DNA of 64,000 bases from Demequinaceae bacterium (GTDB lineage: Bacteria > Actinomycetota > Actinomycetes > Actinomycetales > Demequinaceae). Positions within the stretch are counted from its first letter, which is position 1. Every line of letters starts with the position of its first letter. The DNA is taken from NCBI GenBank assembly GCA_016933155.1, contig JAFGBM010000014.1:31776-95775 (forward strand), written 5' to 3'. Shown piece by piece: positions 19,799-29,215 of this stretch. The notes under the pieces were generated by a model. That model made no database searches. It saw only the letters and a program-made list of their open reading frames with translations, and was not told where the DNA came from. The translations under genes were made by a program, and so were the position numbers.

Positions 19799-20122
19799 GT
19801 GACCTACGTCATCGCATTTCCCTGTGTCGACATCAAGGACAAGGCATGCATCGAGGAGTGTCCGGTCGACTGCATCTACGAGGGCGACCGCATGCTGTAC
19901 ATCCACCCTGACGAATGTGTCGACTGCGGCGCCTGCGAGCCCGTGTGCCCGGTCGAGGCCATCTTCTACGAGGACGACCTGCCGGACAAATGGTCTGATT
20001 ACTACCGGGCCAACACCGAGTTCTTCTCCGAGATCGGCTCACCGGGGGGTGCGGCGAAGATGGGGCTCATCCATCACGACCATGAGATCGTCCGGGCCCT
20101 TCCCCCTCAGGTCGCGGAGTAG
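19799..20122 (+). CDS. fdxA: 7Fe ferredoxin
   Basis: VTYVIAFPCVDIKDKACIEECPVDCIYEG...HPDECVDCGACEPVCPVEAI. GTG start with GAGGAG 5 nt upstream. The longer upstream ORF is out of context. Confidence 0.9.
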   Translation: MTYVIAFPCVDIKDKACIEECPVDCIYEGDRMLYIHPDECVDCGACEPVCPVEAIFYEDDLPDKWSDYYRANTEFFSEIGSPGGAAKMGLIHHDHEIVRALPPQVAE

Positions 20123-20153
20123 GGGACGTGCAGCACCGACTGGCCCGGTAGCC

Positions 20154-21272
20154 ATGGCCCTTTTTCCCGAGGCCCTTCCGGCCTTCCCATGGGACTCCCT
20201 CGAGCCATATCGTGCTCGGGCGGCCGCCCACCCGGACGGAGCGATTGTCCTGGCCGTCGGGACCCCTGTCGATCCGACGCCACCGATCGTCCGAGAGGCC
20301 CTTGCCGCAGCATCCGATGCCCCGGCCTACCCGACCACCCATGGCGCTCTCGCCCTGCGCGAAGCCGTCGTCGCATGGTTCGAGGGCAGGGGAGTGGAGG
20401 GACTCTCCCCCACCGCGGTGTTGCCGACCTTGGGATCGAAGGAGTTCATCGGAGGCCTTCCGGGCCTCCTCGGCCTGGGCTCGGGGGACGTCGTGGTGCA
20501 GCCTCGCATCGCCTACCCCACCTACGGGGTCGGGGCGACGCTCACAGGGGCGACGATCCTCGCCACGGACGATGTCGGCGCCTGGGACAAGCGCGGGGAT
20601 GTGCGCCTGGTGTGGGTGAATTCCCCGTCGAATCCCACGGGTGAGGTCCTCGGCCGAAAGGCCCTGGCCGAGGTGGTCGAGGCAGCCCGGGGCATAGGCG
20701 CCATCGTGGCATCGGACGAGTGTTACGCGGAGTTCCCTTGGGAAGAGCCGTGGGCGGGCGAAGGCGTTCCGTCGGTGTTGGACAAGGCGGTGTGCGGGGG
20801 AAGCCACGAAGGGCTATTGGCCCTGTCCTCGCTGTCGAAGAGGTCGAACCTAGCGGGGTATAGGGCCGCATTCGCAGCGGGGGACCCGGGACTCCTCGCG
20901 AGTCTCCTCACAACCCGGAAACACCTCGGCATGATGATGCCCGCACCGATTCAGAAGGCCGCGACGGCCGCCCTGGGCGACCATGCCCACGTTGAGGTTC
21001 AGCGTGAGGCATACGGGAGGAGGCGGGCGGTCCTGAGGCAAGCGCTCGCATCGGCGGGCTTCTCCATCGACCATTCCGAGGCCGGGCTCTATCTGTGGGC
21101 GACCCGGGGCGAGGGGTGTTGGGACACGGTCGAGTGGTTCGCCGAGAGGGGGATCGTCGTGGCTCCCGGGGACCTCTACGGGGCCGATGGGGCGCATCAT
21201 GTGCGCATCGCCTTGACCGCGACCGATGCCCGCATCGAGGCCGCGGCCAGCCGCCTCGCCGACCCCCGCTAG
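20154..21272 (+). CDS. dapC: Succinyldiaminopimelate aminotransferase (class I PLP aminotransferase)
   Basis: PLP-lysine motif SLSKRSNLAGYR. Adjacent to fdxA, as I recall for mycobacterial fdxC-dapC. Start at ATG 20154 (MALFPEALPAFPWDSLEPY). Confidence 0.8.
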   Translation: MALFPEALPAFPWDSLEPYRARAAAHPDGAIVLAVGTPVDPTPPIVREALAAASDAPAYPTTHGALALREAVVAWFEGRGVEGLSPTAVLPTLGSKEFIGGLPGLLGLGSGDVVVQPRIAYPTYGVGATLTGATILATDDVGAWDKRGDVRLVWVNSPSNPTGEVLGRKALAEVVEAARGIGAIVASDECYAEFPWEEPWAGEGVPSVLDKAVCGGSHEGLLALSSLSKRSNLAGYRAAFAAGDPGLLASLLTTRKHLGMMMPAPIQKAATAALGDHAHVEVQREAYGRRRAVLRQALASAGFSIDHSEAGLYLWATRGEGCWDTVEWFAERGIVVAPGDLYGADGAHHVRIALTATDARIEAAASRLADPR

Positions 21273-21314
21273 ACTGTCGAGCAGGCGGGGATCACCAAAT
21301 CTTGGGAGCGGAAG

Positions 21315-22610
21315 ATGGGAAAAGCAGTGGATGCGCGGCTGATCGTCGACGGCACCGAGGTCCCGGTGTCATTCGTCGAGGCACGCTTGGGCAACGACGG
21401 CCTGTCGATGGAGACGCTGCTTAAGAAGACCGGATTGGTGAACGTCGACCCCGGATTCATGAACACCGCGTCCTGCACATCGGCCATCACCTTCATCGAC
21501 GGCGATGAGGGCATCCTCATGTATCGGGGCTACCCCATCGAGGAGTTGGCCGCCCGCTCGACCTTCCTCGAGACGGCCCATCTCCTCATCTACGGTGAGT
21601 TGCCGACCAGGGACCTGCTGAACTCCCTCGAGAACAGGGTCGCCCGCCACATCCAGGTCCATGACGGGATCAAGGCCTTCCTCAACGCCTTCCCCAGGGA
21701 CGCCCACCCCATGTCCGTTCTGTCGGGGGCGGTGTCCGCGCTCGGGGCCTTCTACCCCGAGAGCATCGGCCACGAAGAGAACGAAATCGAATTGGCCACG
21801 GTCCTCCTCCTGGCCAAGACGGCGACGGTCATCGCCTATCTTCAACGACGGGCGATGGGGCTAGACCTGATCGAGCCGAAGAAGGGGGGCACCGACTATG
21901 TCGAGGAGTTCCTCCGTTTGACCTTCGCAGACTCGGACGGACACTGCGACCTCGACCCCGCTGTCCGCCAGGCGATGGACCTCCTCCTCGTCCTCCACGC
22001 CGATCACGAGCAGAACTGCTCGACCTCCACGGTCCGCATGGTCGGCTCGTCTCAGGCGAGCATCTATGCGTCCATCGCGGCGGGGGTCGGCGCCCTCTCT
22101 GGGCCCCTCCACGGGGGGGCGAACGAGGCGACCTTGCGGATGTTCGATGACATCATCGCCTCCGGGGACACGATCGAGCGATTTGTCGAGAAGGTGAAGA
22201 GCAAGTCCGACGGGGCACGCCTGATGGGCTTCGGTCATCGGGTGTACAAGAACTTCGATCCCCGGTGCACCGTCGTCAAACAGGCGACGGATCAGGTGCT
22301 GACCGCCCTCGGCCTCTCGAGCGAGGTCTTCGACATGGCGAAGAGGCTCGAGGAGATCGCCCTCCACGACGAGTACTTCATCGAGCGCAAACTCTACCCG
22401 AATGTCGACTTCTACTCGGGTCTCATCTACAAGGCGATGGGCTTCCCCACCCCGATGTTCACCCCCCTCTTCGCCCTCGGGCGCATCCCCGGTTGGATCG
22501 CCCACTGGCGCGAAATGGTGGGAGATCCGACGACGAAGATCGGACGACCCCGTCAGGTGTATATCGGGGAGGCTGAGCGCTCGTACGTCCCGATCGAAGA
22601 ACGCCGATAA
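21315..22610 (+). CDS. gltA: Citrate synthase
   Basis: GFGHRVYKNFDPR signature, LHADHEQNCSTS, GPLHGGANE. Confidence 0.93.
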   Translation: MGKAVDARLIVDGTEVPVSFVEARLGNDGLSMETLLKKTGLVNVDPGFMNTASCTSAITFIDGDEGILMYRGYPIEELAARSTFLETAHLLIYGELPTRDLLNSLENRVARHIQVHDGIKAFLNAFPRDAHPMSVLSGAVSALGAFYPESIGHEENEIELATVLLLAKTATVIAYLQRRAMGLDLIEPKKGGTDYVEEFLRLTFADSDGHCDLDPAVRQAMDLLLVLHADHEQNCSTSTVRMVGSSQASIYASIAAGVGALSGPLHGGANEATLRMFDDIIASGDTIERFVEKVKSKSDGARLMGFGHRVYKNFDPRCTVVKQATDQVLTALGLSSEVFDMAKRLEEIALHDEYFIERKLYPNVDFYSGLIYKAMGFPTPMFTPLFALGRIPGWIAHWREMVGDPTTKIGRPRQVYIGEAERSYVPIEERR

Positions 22611-23074
22611 TGGACGAGACCCCCATCGTCCTCCGTCACCGCGACGCCCTGAATCAGGCGATGCTCTTCGGTGCCTTCGCACTCCTGCTCCTTGCTGTCC
22701 CCGCCATCGCGTTCGCAGTCGACGCTCCCCCGAAATGGTGGCTCCTCGCCCTGCTCCCCTTCGGCCTGCTCACCGGTTACGCCACTCTCCGTCTCATAAC
22801 CCTCAGGGTCGTCCTCGATGAGGATGGGGTGAACGAGCCCGCCCCCTTCAGGCCGACGGTTGTCACGCCCTGGGACGACGTGGTGCGGGTGCGCCGTACG
22901 GAGGACAAGGGCGCCATTGGGCTGAGCTTCCTCGGTGTCATGATCGAGCACAAGGGCGGATGGAAGCATCAGGTCGCCGCCCTCAACATGAACACGCGGG
23001 ACCCCCAGGCGGACAAGACCATCGAGGAGTGGCTGACGACTATTCGGGAAGCCAAGCGTCGATTCACGGCCTAG
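22610..23074 (+). CDS. Membrane protein with C-terminal bacterial PH-like domain (tentative)
   Basis: Two N-terminal TM helices followed by a small beta-rich soluble domain. Start ATG overlaps the gltA TAA by 1 nt. Family call is a recollection only. Confidence 0.45.
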   Translation: MDETPIVLRHRDALNQAMLFGAFALLLLAVPAIAFAVDAPPKWWLLALLPFGLLTGYATLRLITLRVVLDEDGVNEPAPFRPTVVTPWDDVVRVRRTEDKGAIGLSFLGVMIEHKGGWKHQVAALNMNTRDPQADKTIEEWLTTIREAKRRFTA

Positions 23075-23175
23075 CCCGGCCGGCTCCGTGTGATTCATCT
23101 CTCACCCATTCCCCTGGCGTGCGCCCGCGGACGGAATTACCCTGACGGAGAGGGCGCCAATCACGGGGAGGTGAT

Positions 23176-23661
23176 ATGAGACCCGACTTCCGACGCGAAT
23201 ACCAGATCGATTGGGTGCATGCCGAGGCGGAACGGCTGCGTGAATCGTTCGGTGAGGCGATCGAGGTGGAGACCCACGTCCTTGGGGGCGTCTTCACCTG
23301 CGGGGAAAGGGTCATGACCATCAGCGACCCGGGTGGACGGGGGATTGGGGGGGCGATCTGCCTGACGGACCGCTCCGAGGAGGGGAGCCTCTGGACGGCC
23401 GAGTTGTTCCCCATCCCCGAGGACGGCATGGAGCATGTTCCTCCGACGAGGAGCATCCAGACGGTGACCCTTCAGATGCGCTACAACCGGTGCGTGCATG
23501 CAACCCACAACCGCGTCATCGGAAAGACGAGCGGGGCGGACGGGGCCCCCGACTTCATGCAGGGTGTGACGAGGCTCCTGACGGGCAGCGTCTTCCTCCA
23601 GCGGCGGCACTCACTCTCGCGAGGCCAGAGGGTGGAGGCGTACGCGAAGGCTTCCGCCTAG
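23176..23661 (+). CDS. Hypothetical protein
   Basis: 161-aa ORF with SD GGAGG upstream and non-repetitive composition. No motif recognised. Confidence 0.45.
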   Translation: MRPDFRREYQIDWVHAEAERLRESFGEAIEVETHVLGGVFTCGERVMTISDPGGRGIGGAICLTDRSEEGSLWTAELFPIPEDGMEHVPPTRSIQTVTLQMRYNRCVHATHNRVIGKTSGADGAPDFMQGVTRLLTGSVFLQRRHSLSRGQRVEAYAKASA

Positions 23662-24536
23662 CCGACTGCGAGGACGACCAGGATCTCATCCGGCAGGCAG
23701 GCCGGTGATCTGTAGGCATTGAGGATCGATTCCGGGTTCCCATCGTCGCGGATCCAGTCGGATCCGCACCATCCCACCCCCTCGATGGACTGGGTGGACG
23801 CCACCGCGATGGTCCACACCATGACCGCGTCCCTGAGTGAGGGGTCGATGCCGAGCGTCACCCCGACGTGTCCATCGGACGTGACGCCCGCCTGGACCTC
23901 GACCAGGGATCCGAAATCGACGCCCAGACGTTCCCGCAGGGCCTCGACCGCGGTGGAGGAAGGCTCGACGTCGCCCAGCGAGCACGACACCGCGGCGGTC
24001 CCGGCCTGGCCGGACAAGGCCGTCGCCCAGATCTCAGCCCTCGCCTCGTGTCGGGCGTAGGCATCGGGAAAGCCCGAACGTTGCACGGCTTGGGCGGCCT
24101 GCGTCACGCTCATCGATTCCCAACCCTCGACTCTGAGCAGGGCATCGTAGAAGGCGTTGGCCGCGTACTCGGGATTCAGGATCTGCTCGGGTGTCCCCCA
24201 TCCCTGGGAGGGCCGCTGCTGGAAGAGACCGAGGGAGTCTCGATCCCCGAGCTCGAGATTGCGGAGATCGGACTCCTGCAGAGCGGTGGCGAGGGCGATG
24301 GTCTTCGCGCGTTCGGGAAGGCCTCGGCTTGTCCCTATCGCGACGATCAACGCGGCATTGTCGGCCTGTTCCGCCGTCAGACTGCTCGATTCTCCGTCGA
24401 CGGTAGCGGTGCAGGACTCCGTGGAGAAGAGCCGGTCTCCGTACCGGTGCCACAGGTCCGGGCCCCAGGCGAGGCCCGCGCCAACGGCGGCGAGGACGGC
24501 AACGGCCGCGGCCGCCCATCGGATGCGGCGAGCCAT
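23658..24536 (-). CDS. Secreted protein with lytic-transglycosylase-like (SLT-like) motif
   Basis: N-terminal signal/TM (AAAAVAVLAAVGAGLA). LQESDLRNLELGDRDSLGLFQQRPSQGWG resembles the SLT E-S ... GL(F/M)Q core. Start ATG overlaps the dapD TGA by 1 nt. Confidence 0.55.
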   Translation of the reverse strand: MARRIRWAAAAVAVLAAVGAGLAWGPDLWHRYGDRLFSTESCTATVDGESSSLTAEQADNAALIVAIGTSRGLPERAKTIALATALQESDLRNLELGDRDSLGLFQQRPSQGWGTPEQILNPEYAANAFYDALLRVEGWESMSVTQAAQAVQRSGFPDAYARHEARAEIWATALSGQAGTAAVSCSLGDVEPSSTAVEALRERLGVDFGSLVEVQAGVTSDGHVGVTLGIDPSLRDAVMVWTIAVASTQSIEGVGWCGSDWIRDDGNPESILNAYRSPACLPDEILVVLAVG

Positions 24537-25480
24537 CAGTTCCCGTGGAGGGGTGCGTTCAGGGTGACGCCGGGACCCTCACGATGAACTGCCTCGATGG
24601 CTCCCGTGAGGGAGTTCCTCCGGAAGAGCACTCCATCGCATCCCGAGAGTTCGCGCGCCTTGACGACCCTGGGCTTGCCGTCGTCATCGAGATCGTTGAG
24701 GACGAGGACCTTGGAGCCAGCCGTGAGGTAAAGGCCGGACTCGACGATGCAGTCGTCCCCGAGCGCGATACCGAGACCGGCATTCGCACCCAGCAGCGAT
24801 CGACGACCGAGGGCAACCCTTTCCTTCCCGCCGCCCGAGAGTGTCCCCATCGTCGAGGCCCCACCGCCGACGTCGGAGCCGTCGCCCACGACGACCCCCT
24901 GGGCCAACCGGCCTTCGATCATGCTGACGCCGAGCGTCCCCGCGTTGAAGTTGATGAAGCCTTCGTGCATGACCGTGGTTCCCTCGGCGAGATGAGCCCC
25001 GAGGCGCACCCGGTCCGCATCGGCGATCCTGACACCTGGGGGCACGATGTAGTCCACCATCCGAGGGAACTTGTCGATCCCATGGATGAAAAGGTGGAGG
25101 CCCGCAGCCCGGAAGCGGGCGCGGGTGTCCTCGATCGTGGCGAGAGAGGCCGGTCCGTGTCCCGTCCACACGACGTTCGGGAGGATGGCGTACAGGCCGT
25201 CGAGGTTGATCCCGTTGGGCTGGATGAGGCGATGGCTGAGGAGGTGGAGCCGAAGGTAGGCGTCGGGGACCGTCGCGGGGGGCGCGTCGCAATCGATTGC
25301 CGTCGAGACGGCCTCGATATCGACCGACCGCAACTCATCGTGTCGTTCGGCGGCCTTCAGGTCGGCCGGAATCGAATCGGAAGGGGGTTGGCCAAGGCCG
25401 GGGGAGGGGTACCAGGTGTCCAGGACGGCGCCATCTGCCGCGATGGTGGCCAGGCCGTATCCGTGGGCGGAATGATTCAT
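24536..25480 (-). CDS. dapD: 2,3,4,5-tetrahydropyridine-2,6-dicarboxylate N-succinyltransferase
   Basis: Left-handed beta-helix hexapeptide repeats in the C-terminal half. Size and N-terminal domain match actinobacterial DapD. Divergent from dapE, the arrangement I recall in mycobacteria. Confidence 0.85.
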   Translation of the reverse strand: MNHSAHGYGLATIAADGAVLDTWYPSPGLGQPPSDSIPADLKAAERHDELRSVDIEAVSTAIDCDAPPATVPDAYLRLHLLSHRLIQPNGINLDGLYAILPNVVWTGHGPASLATIEDTRARFRAAGLHLFIHGIDKFPRMVDYIVPPGVRIADADRVRLGAHLAEGTTVMHEGFINFNAGTLGVSMIEGRLAQGVVVGDGSDVGGGASTMGTLSGGGKERVALGRRSLLGANAGLGIALGDDCIVESGLYLTAGSKVLVLNDLDDDGKPRVVKARELSGCDGVLFRRNSLTGAIEAVHREGPGVTLNAPLHGN

Positions 25481-25486
25481 GCCTCA

Positions 25487-25492
25487 AGCCTA
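25487..25492 (-). promoter_or_regulatory. Putative -10 box (TAGGCT) for leaderless dapD mRNA
   Basis: TAGGCT, 6 nt (TGAGGC), ATG 25480. Confidence 0.45.
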
Positions 25493-25521
25493 CGGTTTCA
25501 CGCGACGAGACCGGGACCGCG

Positions 25522-25527
25522 TAACCT
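25522..25527 (+). promoter_or_regulatory. Putative -10 box (TAACCT) for leaderless 25534 mRNA
   Basis: TAACCT, 6 nt (TGGAGG), ATG 25534. Confidence 0.4.
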
Positions 25528-25533
25528 TGGAGG

Positions 25534-25986
25534 ATGAGTGACTTCCTCGAGCGTGACGAGAACTACGAGCCCGCAGTGTTGCCGTCCCCGGGGGAGCTCC
25601 TTCACTGGGAGGCGCTGCATTCGCCGCCGCCCGTCGACACCGGCCCGGTCGGCTTCCCCGAGGCCAAGGCGCCCGTCCTGGGTGCCGACGGAGCTCCGGT
25701 CGAGCCCGAACTCACACGCTTCCTTCCTCGCGCTCGGCCCGGCCGCTACGTCATCGCGGCGGCGGTGACGGCTGGAGTCTTCGTCGGGATCGCGTTCGTG
25801 GTCGCCCTGACGGCGAACGCGACGGATGCGAAGGGAATCGCAGCCTATTTCGCCATCATCGGCGCCGTCGCGGCCGGGTTCACCACGGTCCTGTGGGTGT
25901 GGAGATGGGCAGGACGCCGACGCAGCGGCATCCCGCTCAAACGGTCGAATCCGGCCGAAGCCCCAGGGGGGAGTCCGGCTGAATGA
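25534..25986 (+). CDS. Small 2-TM membrane protein with Pro/Glu-rich N-terminus
   Basis: Soluble Pro/Glu-rich N-terminus, two TM helices, then WVWRWAGRRR. ATGA overlap with the next gene. Confidence 0.5.
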   Translation: MSDFLERDENYEPAVLPSPGELLHWEALHSPPPVDTGPVGFPEAKAPVLGADGAPVEPELTRFLPRARPGRYVIAAAVTAGVFVGIAFVVALTANATDAKGIAAYFAIIGAVAAGFTTVLWVWRWAGRRRSGIPLKRSNPAEAPGGSPAE

Positions 25987-26360
25987 CGGAGTGGTGGCAG
26001 CAGGGCGACGATGACAAACCCGTTCCCGTCCCGCGTCGGGATCAGGTCCCAGAGGCCCATTTCTCCGATCTCACACCGGAGTCGACCTCCTTCGGGCCGG
26101 TTTCACTCATCCCGGAATGGCGGGCCAGACGACGGGTGATCGCCCTTGCGGTGACCGTCTCAGGCCTGGGTGTCATCGTCTGGTTGGCCATCGAGATCGT
26201 CCAACTGATGTCGGTGAGTTGTCCCACGGCACGAGCTGCCGGAATGCCCTACGCCATCATCGAGACCGCCTGCCTCCTGATTGCGGCTGTGGTGGTGGTG
26301 AAGACATGGCAGTGGGCAAACGAGCGGGATCCCATGGACTTCCGGGTGGACGGCCCCTGA
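25983..26360 (+). CDS. Small 2-TM membrane protein (weak paralog of the preceding gene)
   Basis: Same architecture: RRVIALAVTVSGLGVIVWLAIEI ... VVVVKTWQWANER. Confidence 0.5.
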   Translation: MTEWWQQGDDDKPVPVPRRDQVPEAHFSDLTPESTSFGPVSLIPEWRARRRVIALAVTVSGLGVIVWLAIEIVQLMSVSCPTARAAGMPYAIIETACLLIAAVVVVKTWQWANERDPMDFRVDGP

Positions 26361-26382
26361 ACCCGACGACGACGCCGATGAC

Positions 26383-26388
26383 TAGGCT
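26383..26388 (+). promoter_or_regulatory. Putative -10 box (TAGGCT) for leaderless dapE mRNA
   Basis: TAGGCT, 6 nt (GGTGCC), ATG 26395. Confidence 0.45.
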
Positions 26389-26394
26389 GGTGCC

Positions 26395-27480
26395 ATGGCC
26401 CTTGATCTGAACCAGCCCCTCGGCGACCTCACGCGATCCATCCTCGAGGTGGAATCCGTCAGCGGGAACGAAGGGCCCCTGGCGGACATGGTCGAGAAGG
26501 CCCTTCGGGCGTTGCCTCATCTCGAGGTCATCCGCGACGGGGACGCGATCATCGCCCGTACCCGCCTCGGCCGGGACGAGAGGGTGGCGATCGCCGGCCA
26601 CCTCGACACGGTGCCGCTCGCCGGCGGTCTCAACGTTCGAATCGACGGCGACACCCTGTGGGGGCGGGGCTCTGTCGACATGAAGGGCGGGGTAGCCGTC
26701 ATCCTGTCGCTCGCTGCGTCGATCATCGAACCCAGCCGCGACGTGACCTGGATCCTGTACGACCACGAGGAGGTCGAGGACGAACTCAACGGTTTGGGAC
26801 GCATCTCGAGGAACCGCCCCGACCTCCTCGAGGTGGACTTCGCTGTCCTCGCGGAGCCGACGGCGGGTCGCATCGAGGGCGGGTGCAACGGGACCCTCCG
26901 ATTCAAGGTTCGGGTGCCTGGCAAGGCCGCCCATTCCGCTCGGGCCTGGAAGGGCGTGAACGCGATCCACGAATCCGCCCCCGTGCTCGAGGTCCTCGCG
27001 CGGTACGTTCCCCAGACGGTCACGGTCGACGGACTGGACTACCGGGAAGGCCTGAACGCTGTGGCCGTAGAGGCAGGGCTGGCGGGAAACATCATCCCCG
27101 ACCGGTGCACCATCACCGTCAACTACCGCTATGCTCCGGACAAGACAGGCGAGCAGGCCATCGCCCACGTGCACGAGGTGCTCGGCGGATCCGGAGTTTC
27201 GGGTCTCGATGTCTCCGTCGTCGATCACGGGGTCTCCTGCCGCCCCGGCCTCGACTTGCCCGTCGCCCAGAACTTCGTCGACGCCCTCGTCGAGACGGGG
27301 GCCGGGAAGCCTCAGGCGAAGGTCGCGTGGACGGATGTCGCCAGGTTCGGCAGCCTGGGCATCCCGGCCGTGAACTACGGCCCCGGGGACCCCAATCTGG
27401 CCCATGCGGACGACGAACGGGTCAGCATCGCGGAGATCGAGACGGTCAGGAAGGGGCTTCAGGCATGGCTAGAAAAGTGA
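26395..27480 (+). CDS. dapE: Succinyl-diaminopimelate desuccinylase (M20 peptidase family)
   Basis: M20 motifs (AIAGHLDTVP, GRGSVDMKGG, LAEPT). Position next to dapD. Confidence 0.88.
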   Translation: MALDLNQPLGDLTRSILEVESVSGNEGPLADMVEKALRALPHLEVIRDGDAIIARTRLGRDERVAIAGHLDTVPLAGGLNVRIDGDTLWGRGSVDMKGGVAVILSLAASIIEPSRDVTWILYDHEEVEDELNGLGRISRNRPDLLEVDFAVLAEPTAGRIEGGCNGTLRFKVRVPGKAAHSARAWKGVNAIHESAPVLEVLARYVPQTVTVDGLDYREGLNAVAVEAGLAGNIIPDRCTITVNYRYAPDKTGEQAIAHVHEVLGGSGVSGLDVSVVDHGVSCRPGLDLPVAQNFVDALVETGAGKPQAKVAWTDVARFGSLGIPAVNYGPGDPNLAHADDERVSIAEIETVRKGLQAWLEK

Positions 27481-28235
27481 CGAACGGCGGGGGAGGCTAC
27501 CGCAGGGGCCCCATCCTTCTCAGGGGGAACCAGGTTCCCACGGCCAGCAGCTCGGCGGAGTTCCTGGAGACCGAGCGTTCGACGGATTGGCTGGACCTGG
27601 ACCCCTGGCGGGTCCTCAGGATCCAGAGCGACTTCGTCGAGGGCTTCGGCGCGCTCGCGGAGATCGGCCCCGCCATCTCGGTCTTCGGTTCGGCGAGGAC
27701 CCCCCGCGATTCTGAGGAATACCGGTGGGCCGAAAGCATCGGCCGTCTGCTGGTGGAGGCGGGATACGCCGTCATCACCGGCGGGGGACCGGGCACCATG
27801 GAAGCCGCGAACAAGGGGGCGACCGAGGCCGGAGGCATCTCCATCGGACTCGGGATCGAGCTTCCGGAGGAGCAGGGGGTCAACGAGTACGTCAACCTGG
27901 GCATCAACTTCAGGTACTTCTTCGCACGCAAGACCATGTTCGTGAAATACGCCCAGGGCTTCATCGTCCTGCCCGGCGGCTTCGGGACCCTCGACGAACT
28001 GTTCGAGTCCCTCACCCTCGTCCAGACCAATACGGTTCGGCATTTCCCGATCGTGCTGGTGGGCCAGGAATACTGGGGGGGCCTCATCGAGTGGCTGAAG
28101 CGCGAGGTCGCGGGGGGAGGCAAGATCCGCCCTGCCGATCTCGACCTCGTGCGGGTGACGGACGATCCGGTCGAGGCGGTCGCGATCGTGGAGCAGTACA
28201 CGAGAGAGGCGAACGCCGATTCTGAGGATGGGTAG
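27465..28235 (+). CDS. LOG-family (TIGR00730-type) cytokinin riboside 5'-monophosphate phosphoribohydrolase-like protein
   Basis: GGGPGTMEAANKGA and PGGFGTLDELFE motifs. Start taken as ATG 27465, overlapping the dapE end by 16 nt. The listed longer ORF (26658) runs inside dapE. Confidence 0.85.
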   Translation: MARKVTNGGGGYRRGPILLRGNQVPTASSSAEFLETERSTDWLDLDPWRVLRIQSDFVEGFGALAEIGPAISVFGSARTPRDSEEYRWAESIGRLLVEAGYAVITGGGPGTMEAANKGATEAGGISIGLGIELPEEQGVNEYVNLGINFRYFFARKTMFVKYAQGFIVLPGGFGTLDELFESLTLVQTNTVRHFPIVLVGQEYWGGLIEWLKREVAGGGKIRPADLDLVRVTDDPVEAVAIVEQYTREANADSEDG

Positions 28236-28238
28236 AAT
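28233..28238 (+). promoter_or_regulatory. Putative -10 box (TAGAAT) upstream of the DUF3117-like small gene
   Basis: TAGAAT overlaps the LOG stop codon. About 50 nt upstream of ATG 28288, with SD AAGGAGAAG in between. Confidence 0.35.
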
Positions 28239-28287
28239 GTATTAGTCCCGCGCGCACTGCGCGGTCACCCAAGGAGAAGACCCGCAC

Positions 28288-28455
28288 ATGGCTGCAATGA
28301 AGCCCAGGACCGGTGACGGCCCGATGGAGGTCGTCAAGGAGGGCCGCGGTTACGTGATGCGCCTGCCGCTTGAGGGTGGCGGTCGTCTCGTCGTGGAAAT
28401 GAATGCCGACGAGGTCAAGCAGCTCGGCGATACCCTCCAGAAGGCGGTCTCGTAG
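28288..28455 (+). CDS. Small conserved actinobacterial protein (DUF3117-like, 55 aa), absent from the ORF track
   Basis: ATG preceded by AAGGAGAAG. Translation is MAAMKPRTGDGPMEVVKEGRGYVMRLPLEGGGRLVVEMNADEVKQLGDTLQKAVS. I recognise the MAAMKPRTGDGP...EGGGRLVVE pattern as a widely conserved actinobacterial small protein. Confidence 0.75.
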   Translation: MAAMKPRTGDGPMEVVKEGRGYVMRLPLEGGGRLVVEMNADEVKQLGDTLQKAVS

Positions 28456-28460
28456 GCGTT

Positions 28461-29093
28461 TCAGAGTCTCACGGCGACGAGGAGCCCGTCCCCGGACGGC
28501 ACAAGAACCGATAACAGGTCGTCGCGCGCCTTCACGGCTTTGAGCGTTTCGCGGATCGCCGTGGTGTTGTGGTCTCGTTGAGCGGGATCGGGAACCCGAG
28601 AGTGCCACAGGGTGTTGTCGATGGCCAGCACCCCTCCGGCCCGAAGCAGCCTCACCGCATGTTCGACGTAGGCCGGGTACTCGGACTTGACGGCATCGAC
28701 GAAGACCAAGTCGTAGCCACCATCGGTGAGCCGCGGGATGATCGTCAGGGCGCCGCCGGCGATCATCCGGACGCGTTCGGATCCGACTCCCGCAGCCTTC
28801 ATCGTCTCACGGGCGATCCGGTGGTGCTCGGGCTCGATGTCAATGGTGGTGAGCACGCCGGACGGGTTCATCCCCCGGACGAGGTAGAGGGACGAGACGC
28901 CCACGCCCGTTCCGATCTCGACGATGGAGCGGGCATCGAGGATCCGGGCGAGGACGGTTAGGAGCGCACCCGAACCAGGGAGGACGGGGGTGCATCCGTA
29001 CTCCGCAGCGGCATCCCGCGCGTCCAGGAGGATATCGTCCTCGGGCACGAAGCCCTCACAGTACGTCCAGTTCGCGAGTGCCTCGCTCGTCAT
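28461..29093 (-). CDS. Class I SAM-dependent O-methyltransferase (caffeoyl-CoA OMT-like)
   Basis: SAM motif IVEIGTGVGVSSLYL, then FVDAVKSEY. Start at ATG 29093 with AAGGAGG upstream. Divergent from sigE, as I recall in mycobacteria. Confidence 0.8.
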   Translation of the reverse strand: MTSEALANWTYCEGFVPEDDILLDARDAAAEYGCTPVLPGSGALLTVLARILDARSIVEIGTGVGVSSLYLVRGMNPSGVLTTIDIEPEHHRIARETMKAAGVGSERVRMIAGGALTIIPRLTDGGYDLVFVDAVKSEYPAYVEHAVRLLRAGGVLAIDNTLWHSRVPDPAQRDHNTTAIRETLKAVKARDDLLSVLVPSGDGLLVAVRL

Positions 29094-29215
29094 CGTCCTC
29101 CTTGCGCCCCACCATCGTATCGATCCAGCCCCAAGCGTGGGCGTGATGCGTCCGGATCCAGGTCGTGGGAACATTGTCGTGTCCGAACTCGTTTGGGAGA
29201 TGTGGAGGAGACGCG

